Below are positions 57,428 through 64,000 of a stretch of DNA of 64,000 nt, in pieces. Made by a program: the position numbers and the translations under genes. Below the pieces are notes generated by a model, which had not been told where the DNA came from, searched no databases, and saw only the letters and a program-made list of their open reading frames with translations. Source of the stretch: Kiritimatiellia bacterium (GTDB taxonomy: Bacteria; Verrucomicrobiota; Kiritimatiellia; RFP12; UBA1067); assembly GCA_035353175.1 (NCBI GenBank), contig DAOPZC010000018.1, forward strand, positions 951 through 64,950, read 5' to 3'. Within the stretch, counting starts at the first letter, position 1. Every line of letters begins with the position of its first letter.

Positions 57428-58935
57428 TTGCGCTCCCCTTTCGCGGCGCCGGCGACGCGCGGCTGTTCAATTTCGAGCGTGCCGCTGAAAGCGGCCTCGA
57501 TGCGGAAGCGCATGTGCGTGGCCCGTTTGGGCAGAGCGACCTTCCGGTTCAGCGCGGCGGACAGGACGGCGACTTTCTGGCGCATGTCCCGCACCTCGAA
57601 GCTGTCGGTCCGGATTGGCTCCGGCGCGCCGTCCGGACGGGTGGCATAAATGACCAGCTGGTAAAAAACGACGCCGTCGAAAGCCTCGCTTTTCCGGATT
57701 CTCCCGGTCAGCCGCAGCGCGTCGAGCCCCGTGCCCGCGAGATTGATCAGGGGCGATTCGATTTGGGCTTTGAGCGGCCCTTCATTACAAATGCAGAGCG
57801 TGGTGGCGGCGTCGCGCAGGCCGGTGCTGAACGTCTGTTTGCTGCGGTCTTCGAACGCGTAGCGCCAACCCTCGAGGCGCCCGTCCGGATTCAGCATCGC
57901 GGGAAGGGCCGGCAGCAGGTTCTTGTCGGCGGGGGTCAGCGGATAAGCCGCAAGCGACGGGAGGTCGAAATCGGGAACCGCGATGGCGAGCGCGGGAGAG
58001 GGCGCCGCGCGGCCGGCGCGGAAGGCAAGGGCGCCCGCGGCGAGAAGGGCGCAGGCGGCCAAGGCCGCGAAGCCGAACACGCGCTGACGGGAAGCCGTAT
58101 GCCGTTCGCGTCGCGTCGCGGCCCCGTTCTTCGGCGCGGGGGCAGGCGGCGGCGCAGGCGGTGCCGGTTTGGCGAACGAGGGGCTCTCGCGCAGGGTCGG
58201 AAGATGCTGCTGTTGCTCTTTCTGCTGTACCCAAGGGTCATCGTCCAGCCCCGCGCCCTGCATCGCCAGACGGTATCCCGCGCTGTCGAACGGAAGCTGG
58301 CGGAAGGTGATGGACCGCGACGCGTCATCGAAGAGGCAGTAGGAGGATCGGCAATCGCCCGCGCGCGGGTAGCCGACGCTGCCGGGGTTGATGATGTAGC
58401 GCTTGCCGTCTTCCAACTCGAAGTCGCAGGGGACCACGAAATGGGGCGTTCCGCTTTCGCCGATGACATAGATGCCCGGCAGGTGCGAGTGTCCGACAAA
58501 AAGCAGCTGCGCGGTCGTCGCTTGCCAGGAGGGAAGTGCGTCGCCGGGCTCGACGATGTAGCGGAACTCGGCCGGGGCGGAGAACTCGCTGTGGGCGCAA
58601 CGGAACGCGGGCTCGTCGTGCGTGAGCGGAAGCTGGCTGAGCCATTCGAGGGCGGCCGGCGCGAGCTGCTCGCGATGCCGGGCCACGGCCGTCGCGGCCC
58701 GCGCGGAAAAGGTCTCGGTCGTCAGCCGGCCGCAGACGGCGGCGTCGTGGTTGCCCAGAAGCGTCACGTTCACAACGCGGTAGACGGATTCAAGGACCTC
58801 GACCGGATTGGGCCCGTACCCCGCCACGTCGCCGAGGCAGATGATTTTGTCTGCTTTCAGATCGGCGATGTCAGTCAGTACGGTCTGCCACGCCGCCAGA
58901 TTGGCATGAAGGTCCGAAACGATCGCGTAGCGCAT
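57424..58935 (-). CDS. Membrane-anchored PPP-family metallophosphoesterase with Pro-rich linker, TM helix and uncharacterised C-terminal domain
   Basis: IVSDLHAN, ICLGDVAGYGPNP and LLGNHD motifs. A PAPPAPPPAPAP linker. TM helix VFGFAALAACALLAAGALAF. C-terminal ~190 aa has no recognisable family. Confidence 0.6.
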   Translation of the reverse strand: MRYAIVSDLHANLAAWQTVLTDIADLKADKIICLGDVAGYGPNPVEVLESVYRVVNVTLLGNHDAAVCGRLTTETFSARAATAVARHREQLAPAALEWLSQLPLTHDEPAFRCAHSEFSAPAEFRYIVEPGDALPSWQATTAQLLFVGHSHLPGIYVIGESGTPHFVVPCDFELEDGKRYIINPGSVGYPRAGDCRSSYCLFDDASRSITFRQLPFDSAGYRLAMQGAGLDDDPWVQQKEQQQHLPTLRESPSFAKPAPPAPPPAPAPKNGAATRRERHTASRQRVFGFAALAACALLAAGALAFRAGRAAPSPALAIAVPDFDLPSLAAYPLTPADKNLLPALPAMLNPDGRLEGWRYAFEDRSKQTFSTGLRDAATTLCICNEGPLKAQIESPLINLAGTGLDALRLTGRIRKSEAFDGVVFYQLVIYATRPDGAPEPIRTDSFEVRDMRQKVAVLSAALNRKVALPKRATHMRFRIEAAFSGTLEIEQPRVAGAAKGERK

Positions 58936-59020
58936 AATGTCAGGACATCCGTGGTTGAACGTTTAATGAGAAACAAAGTTTAAAGGGAACGCAAGGGCTG
59001 TTCAAGGCCAAAGCGACAAT

Positions 59021-59056
59021 AAAAAAGGCGGCAGGAGTGATCCTGCCGCCTTTTTC
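59021..59056. terminator. Bidirectional terminator hairpin flanked by A-run and T-run (ends the minus-strand ferredoxin operon)
   Basis: AAAAAA-GGCGGCAGG-agtgat-CCTGCCGCC-TTTTT, 16 nt downstream (minus sense) of the ferredoxin stop. Confidence 0.7.
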
Positions 59057-59071
59057 GAGAGGGAGGGCGCA

Positions 59072-59242
59072 TTAGCCCGCGATGATCGCCTCGTTCGGGC
59101 ATTCGCCGGCGCATGAGCCGCAGTCGATGCACTTGTCGGGATCGATGATGTACGCGGGCGAGCCCTCGCTGATTGCTTCGACCGGGCAGGCGTCTTTGCA
59201 GAGGCCGCAGGCCACACACTTGTCGGTGATTTTATAAGCCAT
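59072..59242 (-). CDS. 2x[4Fe-4S] ferredoxin
   Basis: CVACGLCKDACP and CIDCGSCAGECP motifs. 56 aa. AAGGAGA RBS. Part of a larger spurious track ORF (59072..59821). Confidence 0.8.
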   Translation of the reverse strand: MAYKITDKCVACGLCKDACPVEAISEGSPAYIIDPDKCIDCGSCAGECPNEAIIAG

Positions 59243-59364
59243 GGTGTTCTCCTTGGTGTTGAGCCGGCACCATGCGTCCGCGCATGTTTCCGGCGCTACA
59301 AATCCGTTGTTAAAAGCCGATATGTTAGCCGAATCGCGGGCGACACGCAAATAAAAACCGGGGC

Positions 59365-60450
59365 TCAACGCGCGCCGCGAAGGGCTGGTTTCGAGGCCCG
59401 CGCGGCCTCTGCGACGGCGAGCGCGGCGGTGGCGAAGGCGGCGGTGAGGTTGTAGCCGCCGGTCGGGCCGTCGATGTCCATCACCTCGCCTGCGAAAAAG
59501 AGGCCGGGGCATTTGCGCGACGCCATCGTGGCCGGATCGACCTCGTTCAGCGGCACGCCGCCGATCGTGACGATCGCTTCTTTGAGCGGCCGCGTCTCGG
59601 GATTGTGCACGCGGACTGTATCCCTTCCGACTTGCCATTCGACTTCGAAATCGTTCAGGTTCTGGCGAGCCACGCAGCGGCTCGCGTTGTAGGCCGCGGC
59701 GCCGCCGATGCCCCATGTCTCGCAGTCCATCTGTCCGCGGCCTTCGTAAAGTTTCTGGCCTTTGCGGAAGATGCGGCAGGTGGCCTCCTCGAAGGTGGTG
59801 CCCGCGTGCGCGTCGATCCACGGGTGGGTGATGACGAAGCCGATGAGGCCGGGGCGGTAGGGCTTGAGCGCGTGACCCAGTGCCTTGGCGAACTTCTGGC
59901 CGTCGCCCACCGAGCCGGTCTTGGGATAGCTGACGCCGCCCGTGGCGATCAGCACGCGCTGCGCGAGCAGAGAGAAGTGTGTTGTTGTCACATGGAAGAG
60001 GGCTCCGCCCTCGCCCGCGAGGCGCTCTACACGCTCGGCGGGCGCGTTGAGGCAGAGCGCCGTGCCGGTGTCGCGCAGCGCATCCGTGAGCGCGTGGACT
60101 ACGTCCGAGGCCTGTTCGGAGCGGGGAAAAACGCGGCGGTCATCCATCCGCTTGAGCGGAACGTTGTGCCGTTGAAACCAGTCTTGCACGGCGGATGGCG
60201 GACAGGCGTTCAGCGCCGGTGCGAGGAAGGTCGTCATCGGTTCGCCCATATCGCGCAACATCTGCGCGGACGAAATGTCTTTCGTCAGATTGCAGCGGCC
60301 GTTGCCGCACATCAGCAGCTTGCGTCCGGGCTTGTGCTTGCGTTCGAGGATCAGCGCGCCAAGGCCGCGTTCGCCCGCGAGGCAGCCCGCGAAAAGTCCG
60401 GCCGCGCCGCCGCCGATGATGAGAAGAGGTACAGGGGTAAGCGAATGCAT
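59365..60450 (-). CDS. HI0933-like (BaiN/aminoacetone-oxidase family) NAD(P)/FAD-dependent flavoprotein
   Basis: IIGGGAAGLFAG dinucleotide fold. ATGGVSYPKTGSVGDG family signature. 361 aa. Confidence 0.7.
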   Translation of the reverse strand: MHSLTPVPLLIIGGGAAGLFAGCLAGERGLGALILERKHKPGRKLLMCGNGRCNLTKDISSAQMLRDMGEPMTTFLAPALNACPPSAVQDWFQRHNVPLKRMDDRRVFPRSEQASDVVHALTDALRDTGTALCLNAPAERVERLAGEGGALFHVTTTHFSLLAQRVLIATGGVSYPKTGSVGDGQKFAKALGHALKPYRPGLIGFVITHPWIDAHAGTTFEEATCRIFRKGQKLYEGRGQMDCETWGIGGAAAYNASRCVARQNLNDFEVEWQVGRDTVRVHNPETRPLKEAIVTIGGVPLNEVDPATMASRKCPGLFFAGEVMDIDGPTGGYNLTAAFATAALAVAEAARASKPALRGAR

Positions 60451-60516
60451 GAGGTTGTTGTTGAGCGGGTGCGTGAGTGATGAGGCGGTGCGCCTGTAAA
60501 GGCAACCGTCGAAAAC

Positions 60517-62025
60517 TTATGGTTTCTGGTCGAACGCCGCGGGCATCGCGAAGAGGCCGATGTCGCTGACGCAGGGACAGGCCGCCGCGCCGGTGATGCG
60601 CAGCCGCACGCGGTCCGTCTTGACTTTTGTGCCGCGGAACAGCCGGCATGCGCCGATGCTCTGTCCCTTGGCGTATTCGCGCCACTGGCCGTCCTGCCAG
60701 GTTTCGACGGCGAACCCGTCCACGCGGTGGCCAAGCTTGATGTTCTCGCGCAGGCGCACGACGTTGAACTCGGCGACGGCCGGAAGGGTCAGCGTGAGGG
60801 TGGCGTTGGTGACGCCGTCGTCCGTGGCCCAATAGGAGTAGCGGTCGCGGTCGAGCACGTTGGCGGGGGCGAAGGGCGACGGTTGTTCGGGCGCGGTCTG
60901 CGCGGCGCGCACGTTGTCTGCAACGGCGACGGCGCTGCTGGCGAGATTGGCGGCGAAGAGCGTGCGCAGGAGTCCCCCGAACACGTCCAGCGACCGGATG
61001 TCGGCCTCGCACACGCGCCCGTCGCGGTCCGGCGCGACGCCGAGGTTCATGCAGCCGCCTTTGCCGACGCTGTTGAAATAGATGTCCAAGAGCTGGGCCG
61101 GCGTGCGCACGGTCGCGTCTTCGTTCGTGTGCCAGAACCAGCCCTTGCGGAGGGGCACGTCGCATTCGGCGGGGATCCACGCCGCGCCGTTCCGGTGTCC
61201 CGCGGGTCCTTCGATGTGGTTCATGGAGTCGCCGTTCGCGGGGCGCGCGGGATCGGTCTTGCCTTTGGGCGTGAACGTCGCCCACGACTCTTCGGCCGCG
61301 TAGCCTTTTTCGTTGCCGACCCAGCGGCAGTCCGGGCCGACGTCCCCGAAAATGCAGGCCGATGGCTGGAGCTGGCGCACGAGGCCCCAGGTGCCGGGCC
61401 AGTCATAATAGGTGAAGCGGTCGATGCTGCGTTTCTCTCTCGCGCCGCCGTAAAATCCGTCACCGCCGTTGGCGCCGTCGAACCAGACCTCGAAAAGCGT
61501 GCCGTACTGGGTGAGCAATTCGCGGAGCTGGGCCTGATACAGAGGCGGGTAGGCGGGCGTGCCGTACGCGGCGCTGTTGCGGTCCCACGGCGAACAGTAG
61601 ACGCCGAAGCGCACCCCGTGCTTCTTGGCAGCGTCGGCGTATTCGCGCACGAGGTCGCCCCGGCCGCCGCGCCAAGGGGACTTCGCGATGTTGTGGCCGG
61701 TGGTCTTGGTGGGCCACAGGCAGAACCCGTCGTGGTGTTTGGCCACGAGGATCACGCCGTTCATGCCGCCGCGTTTCAGCGCGGTGATCACCTGCCCCGC
61801 ATCGAGCTTGGCCGGGTTGAAGAGCGCCGGGTTCTCCTCGCCATAGCCCCATTCGCGGTCGGTGTAGGTGTTCAGGCCGTAATGGATGAGCGAGAAGGTC
61901 TCGGTCTCGTGCCAGCGCAGCTGGCGCTCGCTCGGCGCGGCGCCGTAGGGCCGGGGCTCCTGTGCGCGCAGCGCGAGCGCGGCGCAGCCGGAGAGGGCGA
62001 GAGCGAGAGCGCGCGATGTCTTCAT
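60517..62025 (-). CDS. Secreted alpha-L-fucosidase (GH29) with C-terminal F5/8 type C domain
   Basis: Signal MKTSRALALALSGCAALALRA. GH29 segments (HHDGFCLWPT, YCSPWDRNS, EVWFDGANGG). C-terminal discoidin-like domain. Start moved to the internal ATG; the Arg/Pro-rich extension in the track ORF (to 62343) is rejected. Confidence 0.8.
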   Translation of the reverse strand: MKTSRALALALSGCAALALRAQEPRPYGAAPSERQLRWHETETFSLIHYGLNTYTDREWGYGEENPALFNPAKLDAGQVITALKRGGMNGVILVAKHHDGFCLWPTKTTGHNIAKSPWRGGRGDLVREYADAAKKHGVRFGVYCSPWDRNSAAYGTPAYPPLYQAQLRELLTQYGTLFEVWFDGANGGDGFYGGAREKRSIDRFTYYDWPGTWGLVRQLQPSACIFGDVGPDCRWVGNEKGYAAEESWATFTPKGKTDPARPANGDSMNHIEGPAGHRNGAAWIPAECDVPLRKGWFWHTNEDATVRTPAQLLDIYFNSVGKGGCMNLGVAPDRDGRVCEADIRSLDVFGGLLRTLFAANLASSAVAVADNVRAAQTAPEQPSPFAPANVLDRDRYSYWATDDGVTNATLTLTLPAVAEFNVVRLRENIKLGHRVDGFAVETWQDGQWREYAKGQSIGACRLFRGTKVKTDRVRLRITGAAACPCVSDIGLFAMPAAFDQKP

Positions 62026-62050
62026 CCTCGGATTCCTTTCTGGTGCAGTG

Positions 62051-63427
62051 TCAGGCGAGCGTCCAGCCGTTGTGGTAGGGCTGGCGCAGCAAGGCGTCGG
62101 CTTCGGGGACGTTGGTGATCCGCGCCGCGGCGGCATCGTATTCGATCGGCTTGCCGGCGCGGAGCGCGATGTTTCCCAAAAGCACGAATTCCGTGAGCGG
62201 GCCGGACCATTCGAAGTCGCAGCCCGCGCGCTCGCCGCCCTTGCAGGCGGCGAGCCATTCGCTCCAGGTGCCTTCGCGGCGCGGCAAGGTCTTTGGAACC
62301 GCGGCGGATTTCGCCGCCAGCGCGGGATCGAGGATCTTCTCAAACACCATCTTGCCCTTGTCGCCGATGTAGAGCACGCCCTCGTCCGGCAGGTCGGCCG
62401 AGTCCATTTCGGCGGGACGCGGCGGGCGCAGGCCGCCGTCGTACCACACGACGCGCACCGGCGGCAGATCGCCGCGCGCGGGGTAGTCGTAGGTCACGAT
62501 CGAGGCGAGCGGGAACGATTCGTCGAACCGTTTCGACGTGGAGGCGGAGACGCGGCTGGGATAGCCGAGCTTCAGGGCGCGGTAGGGGGTGTTCAGGTAA
62601 TGGCACCCCATGTCGCCGAGCGCGCCGGTGCCGAAGTCCCACCAGCCGCGGAAATTGAACGGGTGGTACACCTTGCGGCCGCCCCAATTCTTGGGCGGCA
62701 TGTCGGGGATGGGGTTGCCTTCGGGCCAGGCGTCTTTGAACGGCCGCATGGGCGCGGGCCCGATCCACCGTTTCCAGTCGAGCGTGCCGGGCACGGGGTC
62801 TTCGCCTTCGGGACGCTTCGGCATGCCCTGCGGCCAGACGGGGCGGTAGGACCACACGTGGACCTCGCGCACGGCGCCGATCGCGCCCGCGGCGATGAGC
62901 TCGGTGGTGCGGCAACCCTCTTCCCCGGTGTTGGGCCGCGCGGTGACTTGCGTGGCGACCCCCGCCAGTCTGGCGGCGGCGGTCACGGCGCGGCACTCTT
63001 CGACGGTGCGGGTGAGCGGCTTGACGCAGCAGACGTGCTTTTTGGCGCGCAGGGCGGCCAGCGTGATGATCGCGTGCGTGTGGTCGGGCGTGCCGCAGTA
63101 CACGGCGTCGACCTTGTCGCCTTCGGCGTCGAGCAGTTCGCGGAAATCGCGGTGGCGGCGTGCCTGCGGGAAAAGGTCGTAGGTTTTCTTCGCGTGGACG
63201 TCGTCCACGTCACAGAGGGAGACGATCTCAAAACCGGCCTTGGCGCAGGCTTTGAGTTGAGGGTTGCCGATCCCGCCGATGCCGATCCCCGCGAGTGTGA
63301 TCTTTTCGCTGGGAGGCGTGTGCCCCTCGCCCCCCAGCACGTGCCGGGGAACGATGTTGAAGGCGAACGCCGAGGCGGCTGAAGATTTCAGAAAAGCGCG
63401 TCGGGTCGCGGTCATGCCGTTCCTCAT
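62051..63427 (-). CDS. Gfo/Idh/MocA-family oxidoreductase with TAT signal
   Basis: TRRAFLKSSAASAFAF TAT motif. GIGIGGIG Rossmann fold. GFO_IDH_MocA N- and C-domain pattern. GAAAGGGAAG RBS. Confidence 0.75.
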   Translation of the reverse strand: MRNGMTATRRAFLKSSAASAFAFNIVPRHVLGGEGHTPPSEKITLAGIGIGGIGNPQLKACAKAGFEIVSLCDVDDVHAKKTYDLFPQARRHRDFRELLDAEGDKVDAVYCGTPDHTHAIITLAALRAKKHVCCVKPLTRTVEECRAVTAAARLAGVATQVTARPNTGEEGCRTTELIAAGAIGAVREVHVWSYRPVWPQGMPKRPEGEDPVPGTLDWKRWIGPAPMRPFKDAWPEGNPIPDMPPKNWGGRKVYHPFNFRGWWDFGTGALGDMGCHYLNTPYRALKLGYPSRVSASTSKRFDESFPLASIVTYDYPARGDLPPVRVVWYDGGLRPPRPAEMDSADLPDEGVLYIGDKGKMVFEKILDPALAAKSAAVPKTLPRREGTWSEWLAACKGGERAGCDFEWSGPLTEFVLLGNIALRAGKPIEYDAAAARITNVPEADALLRQPYHNGWTLA

Positions 63428-63481
63428 GATCTTCCCTTTCTTTTAGCACCGAGGTCCCGTTTGCCAGCGGCGGGCGTCGGT

Positions 63482-64000
63482 TCAAAGGCTTTTGACGAAG
63501 GTGGCCATCCGGTCCATGGCCTCTTTGAGCTGGTCCATGCCGGTCGCATAGGCGCAGCGCAAGAATCCCGAACCGCACGGGCCGAAGGCGCTCCCCGGCA
63601 CGCAGGCTACGCTATACTCGTTGAGCAGGCGCAGCGCGAAGTCTTTCGAGGAGAGCCCGGTCGACTGGATCGAGGGAAACACGTAGAACGCCCCGCGCGG
63701 CATGAAACAGTCGAGCCCCATCTCGTTGAGCGAGGAGACGATGAAGTTGCGGCGCAAGTGGTAGGAGCTGCGCATTTCCGCAATGTCGTTGTCGCCATGT
63801 CGGAGGGCTTCGAGGCCCGCGATCTGGCTGGTCGAGGAGGCGCACATCATGCCGAACTGGTGGATCTTCATCATGGCGTCGGTGAGCGGCGCAGGCGCAC
63901 AGGCGTAACCCAGGCGGAAGCCGGTCATGGACCACGCTTTCGAAAAGCCGTTGAGGAAGATCAGCCGGTCGCGCAGGCGCTCGATCGCCGCCATCGAGAA
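63482..64000 (-). CDS. Class I/II PLP-dependent aminotransferase, C-terminal part; gene continues beyond the window end
   Basis: FSKAWSMTGFRLGY with the PLP lysine. The C-terminal small-domain pattern is typical of AspC-like aminotransferases. The ORF is open at the window edge. Confidence 0.7.
   Translation of the reverse strand, partial: FSMAAIERLRDRLIFLNGFSKAWSMTGFRLGYACAPAPLTDAMMKIHQFGMMCASSTSQIAGLEALRHGDNDIAEMRSSYHLRRNFIVSSLNEMGLDCFMPRGAFYVFPSIQSTGLSSKDFALRLLNEYSVACVPGSAFGPCGSGFLRCAYATGMDQLKEAMDRMATFVKSL

Noticed and set aside
60517-62343. N-terminal 106-aa Arg/Pro-rich extension of the fucosidase ORF
   Set aside because: The signal peptide MKTSRALALAL follows an internal ATG with a plausible RBS; the extension has no coding character.
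1-64000. Searched for CRISPR arrays, IS/transposase/integrase genes and compositional islands
   Set aside because: No spaced direct-repeat arrays were seen. No recombinase-like ORFs. GC is uniform apart from the short cus promoter AT-rich patch. The window therefore looks like core chromosome rather than a mobile element.

Overview
This is a high-GC (~65%) bacterial chromosomal segment that is densely coding on both strands. I found no rRNA, tRNA, CRISPR array, integrase or transposase. I infer a PVC-superphylum-type anaerobe from the gene content: TAT-signal FAD-dependent oxidoreductase paralogs, a GH29 fucosidase, Gfo/Idh/MocA and heparinase II/III proteins, and many secreted enzymes. I call about 48 CDS, including the following.
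- A two-component block: a tandem-REC regulator, nrdR, a 1758-aa hybrid sensor kinase, and a REC regulator with a Cys/His C-terminal motif.
- A secreted ceramidase / metallophosphoesterase / heparinase II/III cluster.
- A cus-like heavy-metal efflux operon on the minus strand (YHS protein, outer-membrane factor, CusB with three CxxC metal-binding modules, CusA).
- An operon encoding a signal-peptide rubrerythrin, a NOX/ferric-reductase-like membrane flavocytochrome and a beta-propeller lactonase.
- An Arn-like amino-sugar transfer cluster (GT-C transferase, methyltransferase, ArnC-like GT2, ArnB-like aminotransferase).
- ybaK, an OYE flavoenzyme, ilvC, an orphan larC with an adjacent His-rich membrane protein.
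- An operon of a small secreted protein, an O-antigen-ligase-like protein and a fused OlsF-like aminolipid synthase.
- recN, lnt, an OmpA/TSP3 protein, lptF/G and lpxA.
- A translationally coupled 3'-5' exonuclease / PPP-phosphoesterase pair.
- A ferredoxin / HI0933 flavoprotein / fucosidase / Gfo oxidoreductase / aminotransferase operon.
Several very long antisense ORFs in the six-frame track are high-GC artefacts. Coordinates of re-assigned starts may be off by one base in places. The most interesting candidates are the rubrerythrin/NOX-like pair, the incomplete Arn-like cluster, the Wzy_C/OlsF-like operon and the exonuclease/phosphoesterase pair.
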